From Flavobacteriales bacterium (lineage in GTDB: Bacteria; Bacteroidota; Bacteroidia; Flavobacteriales; JASBRU01), in contig JASBRU010000003.1 in NCBI GenBank assembly GCA_030149285.1, positions 1 through 64,000 of the forward strand: 64,000 bases of DNA, in the 5' to 3' direction. Under the pieces are notes generated by a model. That model saw nothing but the letters and a program-made list of their open reading frames with translations. It was not told the DNA's origin and ran no database searches. The position numbers and the translations under genes were made by a program. Shown piece after piece: positions 9,300-18,065 of the stretch; positions within the stretch are counted from its first letter, which is position 1, and every line of letters starts with the position of its first letter.

Positions 9300-9470
9300 T
9301 TGAAGGTTCGAGTCCTTCCCCTAATAACTAAGTTATTAGGAGTAATTCAAACGGTTAGAATACAGGAAATGCGGTCGTGGGTTCGACTCCCACACTACAG
9401 AAATGTAGTTAACTCAGTTGGCAGAGTAGCAGTGGACTAAAAATCCACAAACAGACAGTAAATCTGTTTA
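9300..9470 (+). other. Cluster of tRNA-like modules in non-canonical order (candidate permuted tRNA-like or tRNA-derived structured RNA; not a canonical tRNA)
   Basis: T-arm-like GAAGG-TTCGAGT-CCTTC (9302-9318) followed by a perfect 10-bp inverted repeat CCTAATAACT/AGTTATTAGG (9320-9340). Second T-arm GTGGG-TTCGACT-CCCAC (9377-9393), then ACTACA-GAAA-TGTAGT hairpin (9394-9409), D-arm-like ACTC-AGTTGGCA-GAGT (9412-9427), anticodon-arm-like GTGGA-CTAAAAA-TCCAC (9432-9448) and hairpin AAACAGA-CAGTAAA-TCTGTTT (9449-9469). No acceptor 5' partner is present upstream of either T-arm. Confidence 0.4.
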
Positions 9471-9755
9471 AGTAAGTTGACATCTTGTAAAAAATGTTCC
9501 TGAAAGCAATAGCAGTCATATCTGTTTACATTCTTATGAATAAAACAGTTGTTTAACAACCAGAATTTTTTGGATACCGTTTTACAAGCTTGATTTCTTT
9601 TTTATCTGTAGAGTATAAAACCTATAGTAAAAGTATTAGCAGATAATAAAACAAACCAAGTATAGTATTACTTAAAAAAAATTCCGTTGCTATTCAATGA
9701 TATGTTGGTATTGCTTTCTTTTTATAAAGAGTATTAACAATAAATAAATACAGCA

Positions 9756-10850
9756 ATGAGAAGAGTAAGAATAAATGCTGGAAAAGTTGGTTTGGTTTAC
9801 AAAAATGGTGATTACAAAAGAGTGATTACAGAAGGTAAGCATTGGGTAGGCTTTAATGTGCATGTGTATATCTATGATTTAGATAAAATGTTTACGCCAA
9901 GAACAGATTTTAATATTTTACTAAAAGATGAACAGTTAAAATCTATGCTAACAGTTGTTGATATTAAAGATAACGAGTTGGTGCTTGTATATAATGAAGG
10001 CAGGTTTGAAACAGTTCTTAGAACCGGTAGATATGCTTACTGGAATAGCTTAATTAACTATTCTTTTGTGAGAGCAGATTTAACAAAAACTGAAATAGAT
10101 GAAAGTATAGACAAGTCTATCTTCATTAGCTATAACATGTTAGAGTTCATCAATAAATATACAGTGGAGTCATATGAAAAAGGTATTTTATATGAAGATA
10201 GAAAGTATGTGAGAATGCTTGAAGAAGGTGAGTATTACTTCTGGAAAACAACAACAAATATAGAGGTAATAAAAACTGATATGAGAGAGCAACATATTGT
10301 AATTTCAGGTCAAGAGTTGCTTACTAATGATAAGGCCGCTTTAAGACTAAATTTCTCTGCAAAATACAAGGTGGTTGATATTAAGAAAGCTTTAATGAAT
10401 AATAAAGATTATGAAGCTCAATTATATGCAATACTACAATTGGCAATAAGAGAGTATGTTGGAAAATATAGTCTTGATGAGCTTTTAGTGCAAAAGGAGT
10501 CAATTGCATCAGCAATTCTTAAACATGTTAGTGAGAAGGCAAGCTCACTTGGTGTAATAGTTTCTGATGCCGGTATTAGAGATATTATTTTACCGGGAGA
10601 AGTTAAAGAAATAATGAATCAGGTATTAATAGCTCAAAAAAGAGCTCAAGCTAATGTAATAACTAGAAGAGAAGAAACTGCATCAACCAGAAGCTTGTTA
10701 AATACAGCAAAGCTATTAGAAGATAATGCAATGTTGTACAAACTAAAGGAGATGGAGTATGTAGAGAAAATTGCTGATAAAATAAATACAATCTCTTTAT
10801 CAGGAGGTAGTAAAGTAGTAGATCAGTTAAAAGAAATCTTCACTAAATAG
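9756..10850 (+). CDS. SPFH/Band-7 (stomatin/prohibitin-like) domain protein
   Basis: C-terminal half (GVIVSDAGIRDIILPGEVKEIMNQVLIAQKRAQANVITRREETAS) matches the SPFH core with its characteristic AEREKRA-like helix. 364 aa, no adjacent NfeD partner. Confidence 0.75.
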   Translation: MRRVRINAGKVGLVYKNGDYKRVITEGKHWVGFNVHVYIYDLDKMFTPRTDFNILLKDEQLKSMLTVVDIKDNELVLVYNEGRFETVLRTGRYAYWNSLINYSFVRADLTKTEIDESIDKSIFISYNMLEFINKYTVESYEKGILYEDRKYVRMLEEGEYYFWKTTTNIEVIKTDMREQHIVISGQELLTNDKAALRLNFSAKYKVVDIKKALMNNKDYEAQLYAILQLAIREYVGKYSLDELLVQKESIASAILKHVSEKASSLGVIVSDAGIRDIILPGEVKEIMNQVLIAQKRAQANVITRREETASTRSLLNTAKLLEDNAMLYKLKEMEYVEKIADKINTISLSGGSKVVDQLKEIFTK

Positions 10851-10854
10851 CAAA

Positions 10855-10886
10855 AAAGGCGAATACATTTGTATTCGCCTTTTGTT
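10855..10886. terminator. Bidirectional terminator between convergent SPFH and receiver genes
   Basis: AAGGCGAATACA-TTT-GTATTCGCCTT hairpin flanked by A-run (plus) and T-run. Confidence 0.55.
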
Positions 10887-10907
10887 GGTAATAATGGTAT
10901 AAAAGTA

Positions 10908-11372
10908 TTATGAAAGTAGTTTTTGTCTCAATAAAAACTCCAATTGTTTGTTTGCTTGTAAAAGACTTTTAACCAGCTCTTTGTTCTCTTGTCTTAGGGC
11001 AAAAACCTCATACGAGTTTTCAATGGTCATACGTAACTCTTGTTCACTCCAAGGTTTTGTAATGTATCTAAAAACCTGCCCTTTATTGATAGCTGCAATT
11101 ACAGCCTCTATATCAGAGTAGCCTGTAAGTAAAATACGAATAGGGTCTGGGTATTCATCAATAATAGAAGCCAAAAATTCTACGCCTGTTACCTTAGGCA
11201 TACGTTGATCAGTTATAATAATATCAACAGTCTCGTCTTCAAGAATTTTTCTTCCTTCAGCAGCAGATTCAGCCGTATAGATTGTATATTCTCTTCGGAA
11301 TGCAGCCTTAAAAGAAGTAAGGTTGTTTACTTCATCATCAATATAAAGAATCCGTATTTTTTCCTCTGCCAT
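10908..11372 (-). CDS. Stand-alone response-regulator receiver protein (paralog of the receiver domain of the 16977-18065 protein)
   Basis: ILYIDDEVNNLTSFKAAFRR...IIITDQRMPKVTGVEFL...ILLTGYSDIEAVIAAINKGQVFRYITKPW. Phospho-acceptor Asp and conserved Lys context are present. About 75% nucleotide identity to 16980-17330. Confidence 0.8.
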   Translation of the reverse strand: MAEEKIRILYIDDEVNNLTSFKAAFRREYTIYTAESAAEGRKILEDETVDIIITDQRMPKVTGVEFLASIIDEYPDPIRILLTGYSDIEAVIAAINKGQVFRYITKPWSEQELRMTIENSYEVFALRQENKELVKSLLQANKQLEFLLRQKLLS

Positions 11373-11751
11373 TTGCTATTTTGTTATAACAATAAACTAT
11401 AAATATAGTGAAACGGTAGCAATATTATAGTTTTTATTTTGAACAAAAAATTTTTCATAAATTCTTTATATAGAGCTATACTAGGCTTTAATAGTAATCA
11501 AATGTTCTTAAATGACTAGATTATAGAACATTTTAGTATGATTTTTTCTTATTTATATTGATTATAAAAGAGCTTTTTTTGTTGTAAGAAAAATCTTACT
11601 GTAGAAAAAGTGATACTTTAAATATGTGATTTACAAATTAATTTAGTTAAAATTGCATACCTTCAACTAAGTAGTAATAGAGGACTTAATACTTTCAATA
11701 TAAGAAGGTTTACAATATTTACTCAATTAAAACTTTAATATACAATAGTTC

Positions 11752-14052
11752 ATGAAACAAAAACTGCAAAACCTTAAAGAGAATAGCAAAAAAGATGCTA
11801 TGGTTTCTGAACCCTTATTTTTTCGTTTGTCAAATCCTTCTGACAAAGAAAAAATGGATAGTTTATTAAATAATACTCCCCATATTGATGTGTATGATGA
11901 GCTTGAAAATCAATTAGAAGAGCTCATAAAGTCATTAAACCCAAAGAAAAAGTTTTCTAAACAAGAACTGGCTACTGCTGTGCAACAACATATTGGTAGC
12001 ACGCCTACAGAAGATTACGGGGTGTGGGTTTACTACCCTTGGTCTTATAAGTTGGTGCATATTGTAGACAAAGAAGAGTTTATTGAAATTAGAACAAGCA
12101 GAAATCAGTATAAAATAACCAAAGAAGAAAGAGAAAAACTTTCTAAGCTAAAAGTTGGAGTAGTAGGTTTGTCAGTAGGGCAATCTGTTTCTGTAACAAT
12201 GGCTATGGAAAGAGGTTTTGGAGAAATAAGACTTGCAGACTTTGATTTATTAGAGCTTACTAACCTAAACAGAATTAGAACAGGGATACATAATTTAAGT
12301 GTCCCAAAAGCAATTGCTGTAGCGAGAGAAATTGCAGAGATAGACCCATTTTTAAAGACGGTTTGCTATACAGATGGTTTAACTACTGAAAATATGGATG
12401 ACTTTTTTACAAAAGGCGGTCAGTTAGATATTTTGGTAGATGAGTGCGATGGCTTGGATATAAAAATTTTGGCAAGAATTAAGGCAAGGGAATTGGGCAT
12501 ACCTGTAGTAATGGATATGAGTGATAGAGGTACGCTAGATGTTGAGCGTTTTGACTTGGAGCCAGATAGACCCTTATTGCATGGAATGATAGATCATTTA
12601 AATATAGATGAGATAGGTGGGGATTTAACGAATGAAGAAAAAATACCCTTTTTACTTGCAATGATTGGTATTGATACTCTTTCTACCAGACTTAAAGCAT
12701 CTATGGTAGAAGTTGGCCAAACAATTACTACATGGCCGCAATTAGCATCTGCAGTTGCATTAGGTGGAGCGTTATGTGCTGATGTGTGTAGAAGGATAGC
12801 ACTTGATAAATATCATGGATCTGGTAGATACTTTGTAGATATTGAAGAACAAATAGGTGACCCAAAAACACCTTTTGACCCAACACAGTTTGGTGGTTTC
12901 CCGGAGTTGACTAATGAGGAAATGAATAAAATGATGTTAGGTGAAGGAAATGGAGGAAGTGAATTAAGTGAAGCAGAAGTAGCTAAAATAGTTGAAGCTG
13001 CTACATTAGCGCCAACAGGCGGAAATAACCAACCATGGAAATGGGTTTACAAAAACAATGTTTTACACCTTTTTCATGAAAAGAGTATTACCTACTCATT
13101 TGGGGATTTCAATGATATGGTTTCTCATATAGGTTTAGGGGCAGCACTAGAAAACCTTGTGCTTAAAGCACATGAAATGGGTTATGAGGTTCAGGTAAAT
13201 GAGTTTCCAAATCAACAAGACTTAAGGTATATAGCATCTGTAATATTTTCTAATTCATCAGATAATACAGAGGCACATTTAGTTGATAATTTAGCAGATA
13301 CTATAGCTGTAAGAACTACCAATAGAAAAGTGGTAGAAAGACAGTTATTGGAACCTGATACAATAGATTTCATTAGAGAATCTGTAAAAACAATGCCTGG
13401 CGCAGAGTTTCATGTTTTGGAAGATGAAAATGATTTGAAAGAGATTGCTCAAATATGTTCTAGCGTAGAACGTTTACGATTTATGCATCCTTGGGGGCAT
13501 TATGATTTTTATACCAAAGAAATGCGTTGGTCTAAAGAAGAGGCTGAAAAAACAATGGATGGCTTAGATATAAGAACTCTAGAGTTATCCGCATCAGATG
13601 AGGCCGGCTTGTTAGTAGCTAAAGATCCTAGTGTTATAGAAATGCTCAATAAACTAGAAGGGGGTAAGGCTTTTGAGAAAATATCAAAAGATGCTGTAGC
13701 AAGTTCATCGGCAGTTTGTTTAATAACAATGCCCGAATTTTCTCCTATCAATTATATAAATGGGGGTAGAGCTATGCAAAGAGCTTGGTTAGCAGCAAAT
13801 AAAAAGGGGGTTTCATTTCATCCTGTATCATCACCTTTATTCTTTTTTGCAAAAATGATGTATGGCGATGGTAGTGATATGCCACAGGCTATGATTGCCG
13901 AATTAAAAGCCTTGCGAAAGAGATTTGAATCTTTAATCCAAACAGGAGATAATAAAGGGGAGGTTTTTCTATTTAGGCTTGCAAAAGCTGGGGAGCCATC
14001 GGTTAGATCACTGAGAAAACCTGTAACAGAAGTATTAAGTTTTATTAACTAG
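11752..14052 (+). CDS. E1-like (ThiF/MoeB-family) adenylyltransferase fused to a SagB/nitroreductase-type flavoprotein domain (Rv1355c-like architecture)
   Basis: Residues ~120-360: Rossmann nucleotide-binding motif KLKVGVVGLSVGQSV plus ILVDECDGLD (ThiF/E1 fold). Residues ~415-766: nitroreductase/SagB signature ATLAPTGGNNQPWKW (nt ~13009-13038) and a second nitroreductase-like half. About 115-aa N-terminal extension of unknown role. Confidence 0.7.
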   Translation: MKQKLQNLKENSKKDAMVSEPLFFRLSNPSDKEKMDSLLNNTPHIDVYDELENQLEELIKSLNPKKKFSKQELATAVQQHIGSTPTEDYGVWVYYPWSYKLVHIVDKEEFIEIRTSRNQYKITKEEREKLSKLKVGVVGLSVGQSVSVTMAMERGFGEIRLADFDLLELTNLNRIRTGIHNLSVPKAIAVAREIAEIDPFLKTVCYTDGLTTENMDDFFTKGGQLDILVDECDGLDIKILARIKARELGIPVVMDMSDRGTLDVERFDLEPDRPLLHGMIDHLNIDEIGGDLTNEEKIPFLLAMIGIDTLSTRLKASMVEVGQTITTWPQLASAVALGGALCADVCRRIALDKYHGSGRYFVDIEEQIGDPKTPFDPTQFGGFPELTNEEMNKMMLGEGNGGSELSEAEVAKIVEAATLAPTGGNNQPWKWVYKNNVLHLFHEKSITYSFGDFNDMVSHIGLGAALENLVLKAHEMGYEVQVNEFPNQQDLRYIASVIFSNSSDNTEAHLVDNLADTIAVRTTNRKVVERQLLEPDTIDFIRESVKTMPGAEFHVLEDENDLKEIAQICSSVERLRFMHPWGHYDFYTKEMRWSKEEAEKTMDGLDIRTLELSASDEAGLLVAKDPSVIEMLNKLEGGKAFEKISKDAVASSSAVCLITMPEFSPINYINGGRAMQRAWLAANKKGVSFHPVSSPLFFFAKMMYGDGSDMPQAMIAELKALRKRFESLIQTGDNKGEVFLFRLAKAGEPSVRSLRKPVTEVLSFIN

Positions 14053-14745
14053 ATGTTACAAATTAGAATAAGAGCTTTTAGAGCAATTGATGATATACAA
14101 ACTTGTAAAAAGTATATCAAAGGCCACGTAGAGGTGCTTAAAGGCTTTAGTATTACTAATATTACATCTAATAGTCCAGATTGGATTTGGAACCCTTCGG
14201 TATACGGAGTGATTGCTGAGTCTATGGATGGTAAAGAGGTTTATGGCGGAGTAAGAATACATATGTCTGATAATGTTCATTTATTACCTGTAGAAGATGC
14301 TGTTACAGATTTAGACCCAAGAATACATGAGCGTGTAAAGCAATATGCGGTAAATGGTACCGGTGAGGCTTGTGCTCAATGGAACTCAAGAGAAGTTTCG
14401 GGGATGGGTTTAAGTGTATTACTTATTAGAGCTGCAATTTCTGTTGTTACACAAATAGGGCTTACTTCCTTATTTGGTATTTGTGCAGATTATACCTTGC
14501 AAATGTTTCAGAAAGTGGGTTACAATATTGTACCGGATTTAGGTAATAATGGAGAGTTTGTATATCCAAACTCAAATTATGTTGCCAGAGTTATTTTAAT
14601 GGACCCGATAAACTTAACCACTGCTGAAGAAGAAAATAGAGAACATATATTTTTATTGAGGGAAAACCCTAATTTAAAAAGAGTTGAGAAAGGACCCAAG
14701 GGAGAAATGGAAGTACAGTATGACTTAATTATTCCTGATATATAG
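14053..14745 (+). CDS. Hypothetical protein translationally coupled to the E1-nitroreductase gene (possible GNAT-like acyltransferase fold, weak)
   Basis: Start codon immediately follows the upstream stop (14050-14052 TAG, 14053 ATG). 230 aa. REVSGMGLSVLLIRAAISV (nt ~14389-14445) resembles GNAT motif A (R/Q-x-x-G-x-G/A followed by hydrophobics), but the assignment is tentative. Confidence 0.55.
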   Translation: MLQIRIRAFRAIDDIQTCKKYIKGHVEVLKGFSITNITSNSPDWIWNPSVYGVIAESMDGKEVYGGVRIHMSDNVHLLPVEDAVTDLDPRIHERVKQYAVNGTGEACAQWNSREVSGMGLSVLLIRAAISVVTQIGLTSLFGICADYTLQMFQKVGYNIVPDLGNNGEFVYPNSNYVARVILMDPINLTTAEEENREHIFLLRENPNLKRVEKGPKGEMEVQYDLIIPDI

Positions 14746-14760
14746 CAATTTTACTACATA

Positions 14761-14791
14761 TTGTAATCTTCTATGTCAGAAAACAAAAAAC
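14761..14791 (+). promoter_or_regulatory. Candidate Bacteroidota sigma-A promoter (-33 TTG / -7 TATATTTG) upstream of the sensor-kinase gene
   Basis: TTG at 14761-14763, then 20 nt, then TATATTTG (14784-14791). This is an exact match to the TAnnTTTG -7 consensus, positioned ~10 nt before the kinase start. Confidence 0.25.
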
Positions 14792-14800
14792 CCATTATAT

Positions 14801-16984
14801 TTGCCTGATATGTTGACTTTAACAATGAACAAGAAAACTGGGTTACTATTTTTCTTTTGTCTTATTCTACATTTTGTATCTGCACAAACTCCTATTGTGT
14901 ATGAAAATGCAGAGGAAGTTGAAAATATAGGAAAGCAAACAACTTATTTAGAAGAAGGGGATAAAGAGCTTAGCATAAATGATGTGCTATCTAGCACAGA
15001 CTTTCAATCTTTTCAGCAAAAAGTACCAAACTTAGGTACTACTAATTCCACATATTGGGTAAAAATATCTATTCAAAACCAAACTGAAACTGAAAATTTA
15101 GTTTTACAGTTAGCTCACCCAACAGTAGATTATTTAGATTTTTATTACCAAACTGAAGACGGAACCTATAAAGTATATAAAACCGGAGATAGGTATAAGT
15201 TTTCACAAAGGGTATACAATCACCAAAACTTTATTTTTGATATAGACATTCCGAAAGGAGAGACAAAAGACTATTATTTTAGAATGAAAAGTGGTGAGCA
15301 AATGCTGTTGCCACTAACTTTAGGTAAGCAAAAGAGTATTTTTGAAGTAAACGTAACCAGAGACCTTATCTCTGGGCTTTATTTTGGGATTATCTTTGTA
15401 ATGCTTTTTTATAATCTCTTTGTATATATATCTGTTAGAGATAGAAGTTACCTTATTTACATTCTTTACATTTTAGCAGTAGGCCTTACTCAAGCTGGTA
15501 TTCAAGGTTATATTTTTAAGTATATTTTCCCGGGTATTCCGTATCTGGCAAACCTATCGGTGTTTATTGTTACAGCTATGGTAGGTATTATGGCTGTAGA
15601 GTTTTTAAAGGAGTTTTTACATACAAAAGAGTACCAACCTAAGCTCCATAAGGGATTTAGATTTTTTATTGGTTTATACTTAGTGGCTATAGCTCTTGCA
15701 TTATCTGGTGTTTATTACATCAGTTATAATATGCTACAGATGAATGCTATGCTTACATCAATGTATATGATGTTTGTAGCCTATAAGATATATAAACAAG
15801 GTTATCGCCCGGCTAAATTCTTCTTAATAGCATGGTCTATATTCTTAACAGGTGTAGTAGTATTTGTATTAAAAGATTTTAATGTATTCCCTTATAATGA
15901 GCTGACCTATTATATTCTTCAAATAGGTTCTGCAATTGAAGTAGTATTACTATCCATAGCACTGGCAGATAAGATAAATATTCTTCAGCAAGAGAAAGAA
16001 ATTGAGCAAGCTAAAGCATTTGAAGCATTAGAAGAGAACCAACGAATTATTCGTGAACAGAATGTAATGTTGGAGCAAAAAGTAAAGGAGCGTACGGTTG
16101 AGTTAGAGCAATCTAATAGTGATTTAAACGTGGCTTTGGTAGACTTAAAAGAGGCGCAAATTCAATTGGTAGATGCAGAAAAAATGGCTTCATTAGGTCA
16201 GTTAACTGCCGGTATTGCCCATGAAATTAATAACCCTATCAATTTTGTTACCTCTAACATAAGACCCTTAAGAAGGGATATAGATGATATATTATCTATT
16301 GTAAAGCTATATGATGAGTTAAACCCTGATATTGATGTTGCTACTCACCTTAAAAAAGTAAATGACTTAAAAGAAGAGCTAGAAGCAGACTTTTTGATTG
16401 AGGAAATAGATATGCTTTTAAAAGGTATTGATGAAGGCGCTAATAGAACTGCCGAGATTGTGAAAGGCTTAAAGAATTTCTCTAGGTTAGATGAGGCAGA
16501 CTTAAAGTTAGCTAACTTAAATGAAGGTTTAGACTCTACACTTACGCTTTTAAATAGCAATATGGGAGGAGTAATAGAGGTAGAGAAGAATTATGAAGAG
16601 AGAGTAGAGATAGAATGTTATGCCGGTAAAATAAACCAAGTGTTTATGAATATTCTTAGTAACGGCATACAAGCTTTACAGGAGCAAAAAGATAGATCAT
16701 CAAAACCCGTTATAACTATTAGTACTAAATACCAAGGAGATAATGCTGTGATTAGTATTAAAGATAATGGCCCGGGTATGAGTGAAGAGGTACAGAAAAA
16801 AATATTTGAGCCATTTTTTACAACAAAAGATGTAGGAGAAGGTACTGGCTTGGGATTATCAATAACATTCAGTATTATTGAGAGTCATAATGGAAATATA
16901 AAAGTTGAGTCTGAAGAAGGGGTTGGAACAGAATTTATTATAACTTTACCAAAGACCCATCAAGAAAAAGTAGAGAATGCCTGA
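14801..16984 (+). CDS. 7TMR-DISM-type sensor histidine kinase (extracellular 7TMR-DISMED2-like domain, 7 TM helices, HisKA, HATPase_c)
   Basis: Signal peptide (likely true start MNKKTGLLFFFCLILHFVSAQ at 14825), ~170-aa extracellular domain, seven hydrophobic helices (15370-15960), coiled coil, H-box LTAGIAHEINNPINFV, N/G1/G2 boxes (NILSNGIQA, DNGPGM, GTGLGL). Confidence 0.85.
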   Translation: MPDMLTLTMNKKTGLLFFFCLILHFVSAQTPIVYENAEEVENIGKQTTYLEEGDKELSINDVLSSTDFQSFQQKVPNLGTTNSTYWVKISIQNQTETENLVLQLAHPTVDYLDFYYQTEDGTYKVYKTGDRYKFSQRVYNHQNFIFDIDIPKGETKDYYFRMKSGEQMLLPLTLGKQKSIFEVNVTRDLISGLYFGIIFVMLFYNLFVYISVRDRSYLIYILYILAVGLTQAGIQGYIFKYIFPGIPYLANLSVFIVTAMVGIMAVEFLKEFLHTKEYQPKLHKGFRFFIGLYLVAIALALSGVYYISYNMLQMNAMLTSMYMMFVAYKIYKQGYRPAKFFLIAWSIFLTGVVVFVLKDFNVFPYNELTYYILQIGSAIEVVLLSIALADKINILQQEKEIEQAKAFEALEENQRIIREQNVMLEQKVKERTVELEQSNSDLNVALVDLKEAQIQLVDAEKMASLGQLTAGIAHEINNPINFVTSNIRPLRRDIDDILSIVKLYDELNPDIDVATHLKKVNDLKEELEADFLIEEIDMLLKGIDEGANRTAEIVKGLKNFSRLDEADLKLANLNEGLDSTLTLLNSNMGGVIEVEKNYEERVEIECYAGKINQVFMNILSNGIQALQEQKDRSSKPVITISTKYQGDNAVISIKDNGPGMSEEVQKKIFEPFFTTKDVGEGTGLGLSITFSIIESHNGNIKVESEEGVGTEFIITLPKTHQEKVENA

Positions 16985-18065
16985 GCATAAGATACACGTA
17001 CTTTACGTAGACGATGAAATAAATAACCTAACAGCTTTTAAGGCAGCATTCCGTAGGGATTACAAGGTGTTTATAGCCCAGTCTGGAGCAGAAGGAAGAA
17101 AAATCCTTGATGAAAACAGCGGTATACAGGTTATTGTAACAGACCAAAAGATGCCCGAAATGACCGGGGTTGAATTTTTTGAGTCTATACTTCAAGACCA
17201 CCCATATCCGGTTAGAATACTGCTTACAGGTTACGCAGACATAGAGGCTGTAATTTCTGCAATTAACAAAGGGCAAATATTTAGGTATATTACTAAGCCT
17301 TGGGATGAGCAAGAGTTGAGGATGAGCATAGAAAATGCTTATGAAGTATACCATACTCGAAACTTATTAAAGCTTAAAAACGAAGAATTACAAAAAACCA
17401 ATAATGAACTAAATAGGTTTGTATATAGTGCCTCACATGACCTTAGAGCTCCTTTAATGTCTATTTTAGGGATTACTAAGCTTGCTAAGTTAGAAAATCA
17501 AGACTCGGATAATGAGTATATTGATATGATTGAGCGTAGTGTAAGCAAGCTTGATGTTTTTATCCAAAATATTATTGAGTACTACAAGAACTCACGTTCT
17601 GAAGGGAATTTGGATGAAATAGATTTTAAAGAACTATTAGAAGAGTCTATAGAACATTATAGATACTATAAAGATGGAGATATAGACTACAGATTATCTG
17701 TAGATCAGGATTCGAAATTTATATCAGATGGCTTTAGAGTAAAGGTGGTTTTAAACAACATTATTTCTAATGCTATTAAATACCAAAAGCATTCGGTACC
17801 AGGACAGTATGTAGATATTAACGTAAAAGTTGATGCTAATGAAGCCAATATAACTATTAAAGATAATGGTATTGGTATTTCAGAAGAACATCAGCCTAAC
17901 ATATTCAAAATGTTTTTTAGAGCCACACATGAGGACTCCGGCTCTGGTATAGGATTGTATATTGTAAAAGAAGCATTGAATAAATTAGATGGGGATATTA
18001 ATTTAGAATCTACCTTAGGAGAAGGTACAACCTTTCAAATAAAAATACCTAACAAACATGAGTAG
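16977..18065 (+). CDS. Hybrid response regulator / histidine kinase (N-terminal receiver, HisKA, HATPase_c)
   Basis: Receiver VLYVDDEINNLTAFKAAFRR...VIVTDQKMPEMTGVEFF, H-box SASHDLRAPL, ATPase boxes DNGIGIS, GSGIGL. Overlaps the upstream kinase gene by 8 nt. Confidence 0.85.
   Translation: MPEHKIHVLYVDDEINNLTAFKAAFRRDYKVFIAQSGAEGRKILDENSGIQVIVTDQKMPEMTGVEFFESILQDHPYPVRILLTGYADIEAVISAINKGQIFRYITKPWDEQELRMSIENAYEVYHTRNLLKLKNEELQKTNNELNRFVYSASHDLRAPLMSILGITKLAKLENQDSDNEYIDMIERSVSKLDVFIQNIIEYYKNSRSEGNLDEIDFKELLEESIEHYRYYKDGDIDYRLSVDQDSKFISDGFRVKVVLNNIISNAIKYQKHSVPGQYVDINVKVDANEANITIKDNGIGISEEHQPNIFKMFFRATHEDSGSGIGLYIVKEALNKLDGDINLESTLGEGTTFQIKIPNKHE

Noticed and set aside
9246-9440. 64-aa ORF from the six-frame track
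   Set aside because: It lies entirely over the tRNA-like structured elements (T-arm and anticodon-arm-like hairpins), has no plausible RBS and has an odd composition. It is more likely an artefact of translating a structured RNA region.
9377-9470. tmRNA (ssrA) or two-piece tmRNA interpretation of the permuted tRNA-like module
   Set aside because: The module has a proper D-stem, which tmRNA lacks. It is followed by only ~100 nt before plain AT-rich spacer. There is no tag-peptide reading frame (no ...ALAA* codons), and there is no room for the pseudoknot domain.
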